Source: an uncultured Dehalococcoidales bacterium (GTDB taxonomy: Bacteria; Chloroflexota; Dehalococcoidia; Dehalococcoidales; UBA1222). From it: a stretch of DNA of 38,686 bases. Below the pieces are notes generated by a model that was given only the letters and a program-made list of their open reading frames with translations, was not told where the DNA came from and did not search any database. Both the position numbers and the translations under genes were made by a program. The stretch covers positions 1 through 38,686 of the forward strand of contig CAYRSY010000004.1 in assembly GCA_964427105.1 (NCBI GenBank). Direction: 5' to 3'. Shown one piece after another: positions 1 to 8,745 of the stretch; position 1 is the first letter of the stretch, and each line of letters begins with the position of its first letter.

Positions 1-17
1 GCTACCAATACCATTAA

Positions 18-60
18 AAACCCTCGATATTACGGCTAAAGTGCCAGAATCCGAGGGTTT
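18..60. repeat. Perfect 9-bp inverted repeat AAACCCTCG-N25-CGAGGGTTT followed by AATTTT; hairpin of unknown role
   Basis: 18-26 is the exact reverse complement of 52-60, read by eye. Confidence 0.5.
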
Positions 61-95
61 AATTTTGCCCAATTGGCGTTAATCTCATTAGGGTC

Positions 96-185
96 TAATT
101 CCCCACCGCTTGCGGCGAATCCGGTAAAACAGGCGCAAAGTGTATATTGTGATACCCCGATGCTTGCGTCGGGGAGGATGTCATT
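96..185 (+). repeat. Two-hairpin dispersed repeat, copy 1 (hairpin A GCTTGCG 108-114 with GCGCAAAG 133-140; hairpin B CCCCGATGCTTGCGTCGGGG 155-174)
   Basis: Aligns with 2099-2178. Shared blocks are TAAT(T/A)CCCC, CCGCTTGCGGCGAA and ATACCCCGATGCT(T/C)GC(G/A)TCGGGGAG(G/A)AT. Confidence 0.7.
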
Positions 186-305
186 CAGGTATGGCTAGCC
201 GATATTACCTATATCCGTATACGGACTGGTTTTGTCTATCTGTTCGCTATTCTGGATGCCTTTTCGCTTTGGGTAATCGGATATTCCATCTCATGCTGGC
301 TTGAT
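171..305 (+). pseudogene. Remnant (~45 codons) of an IS3-family rve/DDE transposase
   Basis: The frame opening after the stop at 150-152 reads YPDACVGEDVIQVWLADITYIRIRTGFVYLFAILDAFSLWVIGYSISCWLDA. The pattern W-x-x-DITYI ... YL-x-x-ILD-x-FS-x-x-V(I)GW is the first-Asp region of IS3-type OrfB. No resemblance continues beyond ~305. Confidence 0.6.
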
Positions 306-1417
306 GCTTTATTCCTGTTGCGGAGTTCATCAATAACAACAAAAAGGCATAGGCATATAAGAGGTATAAAAACCCATATTCCCAATGGGCTTATGGATAT
401 TGTTTTTGCTTGAATATACACTGGTGCCCAAATCAACGAACCACCGATGGCAGAAACGGTGCCACAAAACAGGCTCGGTGCCCAGATACTATTGGTCTTA
501 GCTTTCATCCATCCCAGGATTATCGATAATGATATGGTAACCAGAAGGATATAATATAACTCTGGAGTTCCCAGAATTGGCAACCGATAAGCTCGCCAGG
601 TAATCAAAATGAGCCACAGTCCCCAAACGAGTCCGGTGATGACAGCCGCCAGCAAAGGCTTTCCTTTAAACAAGCGCGCCTGAAAATAACTGCGCCAGCC
701 GAACTCTTGGCCAAACATAATAGCGGTCATAACTATGCTGAATATCAGCAGTTGGGTAAAAAGATAGAAATGTTTTATCAGTTGTGAATCTGAACCAGCG
801 GATATTTGAAGCCAGGTTGGTAATACGAAGCTTGAAGTTGGCAAAAGGGTTATAGCAGCAACAGCAAAGAATACGGGTAAAGTAACTGCAGTGATGTAAT
901 AAGGCCATTTGAGCTTCCAATTTAAAGCCCAGCCAATATCGGCAAAGCCTTCTTTAGAGATCAAGACGCGTACAATGAGTGCAGCAATGCCCGGGCACCA
1001 TACTAATGGAAATGGCACAATCGAGAGTTGCCAGAGATCAGGCGGAATGGAAGGCTTGAGGTCAAATCCCATTACAAACGCACCACCAAAATTAAGTATA
1101 GTAAAAGCTGCCAGGTATTTTATGCTCGGAGATATCCGGCGCCACCAGTTTGAACGGGCAACCCGACCGGCAAAGAACAGGGCAATTTCATAGGTGATAG
1201 CAAAGGCAATGGTGTCCAATAAAGAATTGATCCACATATCACCAAGCGGGACATCGTGAGGATGATAATGGGTATAAAGCTGGTATATTTCCCACACTAG
1301 CTTAAGCGGGTAAGCGAACCATCTTTTAAAACCAAAGGCACCCATCGTGATCCCGACAAGCATATGTGCAATGGTCCAGACATCAAGTGGGTTAGGCGGA
1401 AATGGTACGGTTAACAA
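236..1417 (-). CDS. Polytopic membrane protein, CPBP/Abi (CAAX-protease-like) family with apparently degenerate catalytic motifs; TTG start; 3' end runs antisense through the transposase remnant
   Basis: 393-aa ORF with many hydrophobic helices. The segment GQEFGWRSYFQARLF resembles CPBP motif 1 (EExxxR). I could not find the FxxxH and HxxxN histidines. Confidence 0.55.
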   Translation of the reverse strand: MLTVPFPPNPLDVWTIAHMLVGITMGAFGFKRWFAYPLKLVWEIYQLYTHYHPHDVPLGDMWINSLLDTIAFAITYEIALFFAGRVARSNWWRRISPSIKYLAAFTILNFGGAFVMGFDLKPSIPPDLWQLSIVPFPLVWCPGIAALIVRVLISKEGFADIGWALNWKLKWPYYITAVTLPVFFAVAAITLLPTSSFVLPTWLQISAGSDSQLIKHFYLFTQLLIFSIVMTAIMFGQEFGWRSYFQARLFKGKPLLAAVITGLVWGLWLILITWRAYRLPILGTPELYYILLVTISLSIILGWMKAKTNSIWAPSLFCGTVSAIGGSLIWAPVYIQAKTISISPLGIWVFIPLICLCLFVVIDELRNRNKASSQHEMEYPITQSEKASRIANR

Positions 1418-1920
1418 AGCTTATCTATGCATCCTTTCAGCGTTACTGTAAAAATGCACCCCATAAGAAGTATAGCCATATAAAATTAAAAGACAGCTTG
1501 AAAAACAACATTGTTCAATAAGATGCTTGATTGTCTTCTCTCCCCTATCTAATACACGTGAGAGTAAATACCACAGGGTTTGTTATAAATACAGTGTTAG
1601 CCTTAATTCAAATTATATAGCTGGAAATAGCCCATAGCAATACTATTTTGCCTCATCCAAATCAACCTCACCATCAAATTCAATATCAACCAGGCTTGCG
1701 ATGGCAACTATTAAATGAGATTGTTTGCCAGGGCAAGTGGTTGGAATTAGCGCGTATTAATCGCTCTGGTAGAGTGTGAATGTTGAGTAATGTTTATACC
1801 TTTCATGCGCAGTAGGTTACCATTCTTGAATCCTGTTATCTCATTACTTTCAAATAAATAAGAATGCTATGAGGTTCTTTCTTTCGTATCGTATGCGCTA
1901 CCAAACATTTTCTCCAAAGC

Positions 1921-1955
1921 TAAAAAGCCCCCAAAGCGGGGGCTTTTCTTGTTTT
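1921..1955. terminator. Rho-independent terminator, potentially bidirectional
   Basis: TAAAAA-GCCCCC(1927-1932)-AAAGC-GGGGGC(1938-1943)-TTTTCTTGTTTT. Confidence 0.6.
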
Positions 1956-2098
1956 GGATAACAAATTGCTAGCAGAGCTTTATTTTAATAGATGTATTGG
2001 ACTACCGGTTATTCTTTCATCGAATCGGTTTGCTGCTGCCTTTTGGATACCAGTCATAACATGGCTATATGTGTCGATAGGTATTCTTCTTCAGGAAG

Positions 2099-2178
2099 TT
2101 AATACCCCGGCCGCTTGCGGCGAAAAACGCAAGCTCTTTACCATAATACCCCGATGCTCGCATCGGGGAGAATCATTT
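2099..2178 (+). repeat. Two-hairpin dispersed repeat, copy 2 (hairpin A GCTTGCG 2113-2119 with CGCAAGC 2128-2134; hairpin B CCCCGATGCTCGCATCGGGG 2149-2168)
   Basis: Same orientation and block order as 96-185. The stem of hairpin B carries a pairing-preserving substitution relative to copy 1. Confidence 0.7.
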
Positions 2179-2208
2179 TACATAAGTAGAGTGCTGATTC
2201 GGCTGATA

Positions 2209-2826
2209 TTATGCCTGGAGTTTTTGGAAAGGAGATCCTCCCTGGCAACCCAGGCAGATTTCCCCGTCTTTTTTAGGGAAAGCCTCCCCACAGGATTGGC
2301 AAATGCCTATTGCGCCCTTGGAATGCCTGGTAAGATAGGATTGTTTGATGTTGATGGCTTCCAGTGAATATATGCTTCTGCCCGCCTGCCAGATCTGGGC
2401 TTCTACCAATTCGGAATTTTGTTCCTTTTTGGATGTGAGTTTCAAAAACCAGGCTTCGAGTTCATCCCAATCATGAAGTTTCTGCGTGTCAAGAGATACG
2501 CGTACGCCATCACCCTTGTATTTATCGTACAGGTTTACGGCATAACGCCCAAGATTGATAATTCTCATCCAGCCGTTACCAATGGTGCACGGCGTAAGTA
2601 TCTGAACGGCATCCGGCAGGCAGGAGGCCGTTTCGCAGATGGCATCGTATGGCACTCCGGGAGTCATGCGCTCCATGGCCATATCTACCATAATGCCTCC
2701 GACAATTACTCCTGGAGCCGCATAACCATGAAAAGCGCGTATCCGTTCTAAATACTCTTCACGGGTATAGCTGCCGATTCGGGTGACAGAGCATGTATCC
2801 TTGACAAAAACCTTTGTGTCTATCAT
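2209..2826 (-). CDS. FmdE/FwdE-domain protein with C-terminal zinc ribbon
   Basis: AAPGVIVGGIMVDMAMERM and CLPDAVQILTPCTIGNGW resemble the FmdE family. The C-terminus has CQSCGEAF...CLGCQG. Confidence 0.6.
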   Translation of the reverse strand: MIDTKVFVKDTCSVTRIGSYTREEYLERIRAFHGYAAPGVIVGGIMVDMAMERMTPGVPYDAICETASCLPDAVQILTPCTIGNGWMRIINLGRYAVNLYDKYKGDGVRVSLDTQKLHDWDELEAWFLKLTSKKEQNSELVEAQIWQAGRSIYSLEAINIKQSYLTRHSKGAIGICQSCGEAFPKKDGEICLGCQGGSPFQKLQA

Positions 2827-2922
2827 TAACAGATCCTTTTTTGAAAACCTCGACTATAAGAATCGTGAAAAACTCTTTTTATTTATTCCGTTTCGCCCTG
2901 CTTGCTGAAGAGCCGCGATTTT

Positions 2923-3906
2923 TTAGCAACAAATCGGCGTTGATTTGTTTGGAATGAACAGGTTCCATGCGCACTCAGCTACAGGGATGAACCCCTTGTT
3001 CTGTGCCAGCAGATCAAGATGTATCATACCGACAGCGGCCACTTCTTTTACGGTATCTGCCTGATTCCTTAAATCGATTGCAACGATGTATCGGTTACAA
3101 CCTGAACAAACCTCTATCCATTCGTTATTATTATCGCTGACGCCAATTAGCTGTTTGTGTTCGTTTCTTTCTCCGCAATAGGGGCATAGCATTCTGTCGT
3201 ACTGCCATTCATGTTCGCACAGAGAGCATTTCAACCAGCGTTGCCCTTCCTTGTTTTTTATGAAGCTGATCTCCGGAAATGCTCCGCAAACCGGACAATA
3301 ACCCCTGTTCCATACGATATCCTGTACTTGCTGGCTTAGCGTCTCTGTCCTTTTTTCGACAAATGGCTTGAGCAGTTGCCCCAGAACGAACTTCAGTGTT
3401 AAGGGGGCGATTCCCAAACCGCAAGCAATACGCGCCAGTTCATCTTCACGGCCTTCCACCAGTGCGCTTATGCAAGCCAGCAAATCCGGATTATCTCCGT
3501 TATCGAACGTCTGCATCAAGCGCGTCACGTCCGCAGCTATGCCAGGGAAAGCCATGATGAGAGATTGCAGCACTGATTTCGTGTTTTCTCCCCATGGTTC
3601 CACGAAAGATGCCAGCTTTTCCCCAGACAACCAGGGGAACCCTTCGGAAAGGCGGGCAGCATCCGGCGGTTCGATTATTCCGCCCTCTTCCAGCGATATG
3701 CGGCCTTTCAGAGCAGCCCTGCTGATGAATATCTCTCTGAACGCTCTTACTACAGGTTTATATTCAGGGGTTCCTTTTTCAATATGCTCAAACGCGGCAT
3801 CCATATCCGCCATTTTTTTTGATGTTAACTTGTCCATGAAACCTTCCTTTGAGAGCGCTATCGGCCTGCCATCAAAAAGCAAGGCAGGCCGATAGCCAAA
3901 CAACAT
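2923..3906 (-). CDS. fdhE: Formate dehydrogenase accessory protein FdhE (alternative start at 3837 with SD AAGGAAGG)
   Basis: Four Cys pairs (CPVCG...CSLCEHEW...CPYCG...CSGC) in FdhE-like spacing. The gene lies directly downstream of the FDH catalytic gene. Confidence 0.75.
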   Translation of the reverse strand: MLFGYRPALLFDGRPIALSKEGFMDKLTSKKMADMDAAFEHIEKGTPEYKPVVRAFREIFISRAALKGRISLEEGGIIEPPDAARLSEGFPWLSGEKLASFVEPWGENTKSVLQSLIMAFPGIAADVTRLMQTFDNGDNPDLLACISALVEGREDELARIACGLGIAPLTLKFVLGQLLKPFVEKRTETLSQQVQDIVWNRGYCPVCGAFPEISFIKNKEGQRWLKCSLCEHEWQYDRMLCPYCGERNEHKQLIGVSDNNNEWIEVCSGCNRYIVAIDLRNQADTVKEVAAVGMIHLDLLAQNKGFIPVAECAWNLFIPNKSTPICC

Positions 3907-3915
3907 ATTTGATTG

Positions 3916-6900
3916 TTACGCTTTGCGGATATTGATCATGCACGCCTTGTATTCGGGAGTCTGGGCGTTGGCGTCGCCGACATTAGTGGTAAGCAGGTTA
4001 ATGGTATCACCGCAGTCTTTCGGGAACAGCCATCCGTAGTTGAATGTCGAACCGACCTGATGGATGGTCCTGCCACCGCACTGCATCGGCTTCATCCGTT
4101 TGGTCACCATGGCAACCACATTCAGACTTCCGCGGGCTGATTCAAGGATTACCCTCTCACCGTTGACAATGCCTTTTTCGGCTGCCAGTTCCTCGCTCAT
4201 TTCCACATAAGCTTCAGGCATAAGTTCCGTCAGGTTGGACTGCCATCTGGTGATTGCTCCGCTGCACCAGTGTTCTGTGCAGGAATAGGTGGTCAGAACA
4301 ATGGGGTAATCCGGCGAAGCATTGGCAACCTGATCCATCTCGCCGCTGTAAAGCTTGATGACAGGGTTATTCAACTGGCCTGACATTATGTTCTGGGCAA
4401 AAGGCCCTTCCAGAGGCTCATACTGTTCGGGGAAGGGGCCATCGTCCAGCCCCGGACCATACAGGCAGCCCATGCCGTTAGCCTGCATGATAAAGGGCAG
4501 TTTACCGCTCGGATCGTTGAGCGGCGCTCCGCCGCCATCGACAACATCGCCGACCCATGCTCCGTTTTCCCATTTCACTACCACCCTGTCAGGATTCCAG
4601 GGGTTACCGTTTGGATCACATGAAGCACGGTTATAGATGATGCGGCGGTTCATTGGCCAGCACCATGCCCAGTCATGGAACATGCCCAGACCGGTCTTGT
4701 CTTCCTTGCCTCTGCGCGTCGTAAGGTTGGTGCCATCCTTGGTGAAGGCTCCGCACATCAGCCACATGCCTGAAGAAGTCGAACCATCAGATTGCAGGCT
4801 GGGGAATCCGGGTACCAGCTCACCCTTTTTGTATTCAACCCCGCCTACGGTCGTATCCTTGAGGAAGTAGCCATTGATAGCCTTGCAAACCTTAAGGGCA
4901 TTCCATTTCCCATTTTCGGCATAGTCCGAGTTAAGGTTGACCAGCGGTTCAGGGAAAGTTCCGCCTTCGCTCCGGTAAATATCGTTGACCTTGTTCTGGA
5001 GTCTCCAGAACATTTCGCCAACCGAAATAGCGTCACCCGGGGCTTTGCCCCCGGTATAATTCCAGTGAACCCAGCGTCCGCTATTGCTCTGGCTTCCGTC
5101 TTTTTCGATAGATGCAGAGGCTGGAAGCAGGAAAACCTCGGTTTTCACCTGGCTGGGATCCATATCCGGTCCCTTCCAGAAGGAAGCCGTTTCGTTGTCG
5201 AAAATATTTGCGTGGATCATGAAATCAAGGTTTTTCATAGCCTTGCGCAGCTTGTTGGCATTAGGCATGCTTACACACGGATCGGTGCCGGCAGTGATGA
5301 AACCCTTGATGTCACCTTTGTACATGTGGTCGATCATGGTCAAGGAGTCGGCTTTCTGGGTGTCGTCAATTTTAGGCAACCAGGAATAACCGAAATCATT
5401 TTCAGCAGTCGCAGCCGAATCGAACATGGTCTTTAGCAGGCTTATAAGGTATTTGGGATAATTCTGCCACCAGTTTATGGATTTGGCCACCTTGGTAGTG
5501 GGCGTACAGGCTTTCAGGTATTCTGCAGTTGTAGATTGTGAAGCCTTGGGCGCCTTAAGATAGCCGGGCAAATAATGATACAGCAGGGCGAAATCGGTAG
5601 AGCCCTGTACGTTTGGTTCACCCCGCAAGGCATTGACTCCGCCGCCGGCGATGCCTATATTGCCCAGCAGAAGCTGAATCATGCAAAGCGTGCGGATGTT
5701 TTGAACGCCTGTCGTATGCTGGGTCTGTCCAAGAGCGTACATGACCGTTCCTGCTCTGGTTGCAGTTCCAGTGGATGAGAAGGTCTCGTACACCTTCAGC
5801 AAATCAGCTTCCGGAGTGCCTGTAATGGAGGACACTGTAGCCAGGTCGTAACGCGAATAGTGGTTCTTAAGCAACTGGAAAACGCAGCGGGGATTTTGCA
5901 GGGTTATATCAGTTGCCGGAGTGCCGTCCTCGTTATACTTGTAAGCCCATTTGGTTTTGTCGTAAGTCCTGGTCTCAGGATTGTAACCGACGAAAAGGCC
6001 ATCTTCGAAATCAAACCCGTCTCCCACTATCTGGGAAACGTTGGTATAGTTCATCACGTAGTCTTTATGGTACTTCTCGTTGTCGAGGATATACTTGATC
6101 ATACCGCCCAAGAAAGCGATATCCGTGCCGGAACGCAGCCTGGCATAAATGTCGGCTTTAGCCGAGGTGCGGGTGAACCTGGGATCGACATGAATAATCT
6201 TGGCCCCTCTGGCTTTAGCTTTCATTACCCACTTCATGGCCAGGGGATGATGTTCGGCAGCATTGCTGCCCTGAATCAGGAACACATCGCTATTCTTGAG
6301 ATCGATATAGTGATTGGTCATTGCGCCGCGCCCAAACGACTCTGACAGAGCCGGTACAGTTGGGCCGTGTCAGACACGCGCCTGGTGATCTACATACACC
6401 AGGCCTAATGACCTCGCAAATTCCCACATCATGAAGCATTCTTCATTGTTGACATTGGAACTGCCGTGGAACGCAAGGCTTTCAATCCGGTTGACGGTCT
6501 GGCCTTTGCTGTTGGTAGTCATGAAATCGGCATCACGCACATCCTTGATTTTGCGCGCCATGCGATCCAGCGCCCAATCCCATTCTTTCTCTTCCCATTC
6601 AGCGCTATAAGGCGCACGATAGAGCACCTTCTTGAGGCGATGGGGGTTGTCTGCGCCTGTTTCCTTAAGGTTCATACCCTTGGCGCAAAGGGCGCCTTCG
6701 TTGATAGGATGATCGGGATCACCTTCGATGTTGATGACCTTGCCATTTTCATCGGTGCTGCAGATCAACCCGCAGCCGCAGGAACAATAGCAACAGGTGG
6801 TTGTTGACAGGGTGGAGTTCCTGATTTTTTCCATCTTCTCCAACCCGGAAGTGTAGGCCCGTACAGGAGTGACATCAATCCCTAAAGCGGATAGCGTCAA

Positions 6901-6957
6901 TCCCCCAGCCAAAGCAGCGCTTGAGCTTTTTAGGAACTGCCTGCGTGTTATTTGCAT
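3916..6957 (-). CDS. fdhA: Formate dehydrogenase catalytic subunit, Tat-exported Mo/W-bis-PGD enzyme, selenocysteine encoded by in-frame TGA at 6370-6372. Track ORFs 3916-6321 and 6370-6957 form one 1013-aa gene.
   Basis: It has the RRQFLK twin-arginine signal and the CCYCSCGCGLIC FeS motif. Manual translation of 6322-6369 in the same frame gives HGPTVAPLSESFGRGA, so the junction reads HQARV-U-HGPTVAPLSESFGRGAMTNHY. This matches E. coli FdnG ARVUHGPTVASLAPTFGRGAMTNHW as I recall it. The SD GGAGGAG lies upstream of the ATG at 6957. Confidence 0.9.
6330..6369 (-). promoter_or_regulatory. SECIS-like stem-loop immediately 3' of the UGA
   Basis: On the mRNA, the lower stem GCCCAA (6365-6360) pairs with UUGGGC (6335-6330). 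The upper stem CGGCUCU (6353-6347) pairs with AGAGUCG (6343-6337) around the loop GUC. Confidence 0.55.
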
Positions 6958-6982
6958 AAATCTCCTCCAAATGTTTTTAGTT

Positions 6983-7951
6983 TTACAACTGGGCGCTGAC
7001 CAGCAAGACAGCCCTGAGTATAAGCCCTCCGATTAAGGCCAGGCCGGCTGATGAAGCGACCATCGCTACCGCCATACGGGAAGCAACGCCTTTGTTGCCA
7101 TTGAAAAGCAGAATTGCCAGAGGCGCGACCAGCCCGATAAAGACCAGCCCCACCCAGAAATACAGCGCCATCTCGCCTGTTGCAAGCTGGCTGAATGCTG
7201 CAGGAGCAGCTATGCCCAGCCAGATGAGGAAGGCGATCAGGATGACCAGGGTAGCCGCCAGTGCGATTACCAGAGTCTTGACCATCTTGGAAATAATTTC
7301 CTTGTCTATCGTGATGTCGGTTGTGCCGAAAAGTAAATTGGAGATACCGCGCATCCAGGATGCACCGGATATTTTGTTCATTATGAAGGAAACCAGTATA
7401 AGCCAGCCTATACCTGTACACATGGCCGAGCCGACGAATATGGCAGGCATAAGCAGCGTGTCAGACCAGAGAGGCTGGCTGGTGGTAGCGATAAGAACGC
7501 CGCCGTAGCTGATAAGCAGTATGGAGAAAACCATGCCGACCCATGAAAGGATTCCTGTCAGCTTGTCGCAGAGTTCAAGAAGAACAGACTTGTTGCCTTC
7601 GCTCTTGAGCTTGTTGAAAAAGAATTTGGCAACCCACAGTATAGCCATGATGCAGGTTACCATCAGCCAGAAGGACAGTATCCAGCCGCCCAGAGAGAGT
7701 ACGGATTCGGGGCGGACGATTACGAACATGTGCCAGAACCATTCGATATGCCCCAGATGGGATAGAAGCAGGATAACGCCTGTGAGTGCGAAAACGATGC
7801 CGGTATATGTCGCTGCGCGCATAAGAATGTTTTGCGTGCCTTTGCACAGTTTGTTGATTACAAACGCTGTCAGAAAAGAAGCGCTGGCTATACCGCAGCA
7901 CCACAGGTCAAACCAGAGTGTAACTCCCCAGGCCATTTCTGAAATATTCAT
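6983..7951 (-). CDS. NrfD/PsrC-type integral membrane (quinone-interacting) subunit
   Basis: 322 aa with about 8-10 TM helices. The N-terminus WGVTLWFDLWCCGIASASFL is typical of the NrfD family. Its start overlaps the upstream stop (TAATG). Confidence 0.7.
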   Translation of the reverse strand: MNISEMAWGVTLWFDLWCCGIASASFLTAFVINKLCKGTQNILMRAATYTGIVFALTGVILLLSHLGHIEWFWHMFVIVRPESVLSLGGWILSFWLMVTCIMAILWVAKFFFNKLKSEGNKSVLLELCDKLTGILSWVGMVFSILLISYGGVLIATTSQPLWSDTLLMPAIFVGSAMCTGIGWLILVSFIMNKISGASWMRGISNLLFGTTDITIDKEIISKMVKTLVIALAATLVILIAFLIWLGIAAPAAFSQLATGEMALYFWVGLVFIGLVAPLAILLFNGNKGVASRMAVAMVASSAGLALIGGLILRAVLLVSAQL

Positions 7952-8745
7952 TATTTTTCACCTCCGGCCCTGGATTTAGCTTGCATCTCCTCGCGTCTTC
8001 GGAATATCCATAATAGCGGTAAACTGGCCAGAATCCCGGCTGTTGCCACGCCGGCCACCCATTTGCCGACCATATCTTTGGTGGCAGGCTGCGGATTTAC
8101 CGGCAGTCCATAGGCATCGGGAGTATCATCGAGCACATACATTACGTGGAGACCGCCCAGTTCCTTTTCCCCGTAAAGCAGGGCATTGGGATAGCCTGCG
8201 GCTTTCAGAGCGTCAACCCGCCTGTGTCCTTCCGCTACCAGTTCTTCCCTGTCGCCCATAGTAATGGCGTTGGTAGGGCAGGACTTGATGCAGGCCGGCT
8301 GTTCACCCGCTGTGATGCGGTTCCTTCCTTCCGAAGTGCAACCGCTGCATTTGGTGACTGTTCCGGCGTGATGATCCAGATGCGGGATGTTGAACGGACA
8401 AGCCTGTGTGCAAGTGCCGCAGCCGATACACCACTCCTGGTCGATGTGGACGAATCCCTCGTCAGTGTGAGAGATAGCTTTAACCGGGCAAACAGTAGCA
8501 CAACTGGCTTCGGTGCAATGTAGGCAAGCCTGGCGCAGGAATCTCCAGTCCAGCTTGCCATCACGCTCCATTTCTATGAAGCGCATTTTTATCCATGTTT
8601 CGGGAGAAAGCTCTTTCGGGTTCTCGTAAGAACCCCAGTTGCTGGTTTTTTCCCCCGGGTGTTCGTTCCATTGTTTGCACGCTACCTGACATCCGCGACA
8701 GGCGGTGCAGAGAGATATATCGTACAAAAATGCTTTTTCTGCCAT
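7951..8745 (-). CDS. 4Fe-4S ferredoxin-type electron-transfer subunit (FdnH/HybA-like) with C-terminal TM anchor
   Basis: It has the cluster motifs CTACRGCQVAC, CLHCTEASC...CP, CIGCGTCTQACP and CSGC...C..SCP. The C-terminal helix is VAGVATAGILASLPLLWIF. A strong SD GGAGGA is present. Confidence 0.85.
   Translation of the reverse strand: MAEKAFLYDISLCTACRGCQVACKQWNEHPGEKTSNWGSYENPKELSPETWIKMRFIEMERDGKLDWRFLRQACLHCTEASCATVCPVKAISHTDEGFVHIDQEWCIGCGTCTQACPFNIPHLDHHAGTVTKCSGCTSEGRNRITAGEQPACIKSCPTNAITMGDREELVAEGHRRVDALKAAGYPNALLYGEKELGGLHVMYVLDDTPDAYGLPVNPQPATKDMVGKWVAGVATAGILASLPLLWIFRRREEMQAKSRAGGEK

Noticed and set aside
68-194. The idea that repeat copy 1 is inserted between a PN codon pair (68-73) and QVWLADITYI of the transposase
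   Set aside because: The upstream frame (LPIPLKTLDITAKVPESEGLILPN) shows no transposase similarity that I can recognise. The boundaries were chosen to fit, so the idea is unsupported.
96-2178. CRISPR-like interpretation of the hairpin repeats
   Set aside because: There are only two full copies, 2 kb apart, and they are not identical. There is no regular spacer periodicity, and genes lie between them.
1954-2367. 137-aa plus-strand ORF spanning repeat copy 2 and the 3' end of the FmdE-like gene
   Set aside because: It runs through a structured repeat and overlaps a well-supported minus-strand gene. It has no SD and no recognisable motif, so it is likely spurious.
4792-5436. 214-aa ORF antisense to the FDH catalytic gene, with similar ORFs at 3368-3895, 5860-6345 and 6466-6807
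   Set aside because: These are shadow ORFs opposite a strongly supported gene. Their composition is low-complexity and rich in Ser, Pro and Arg.
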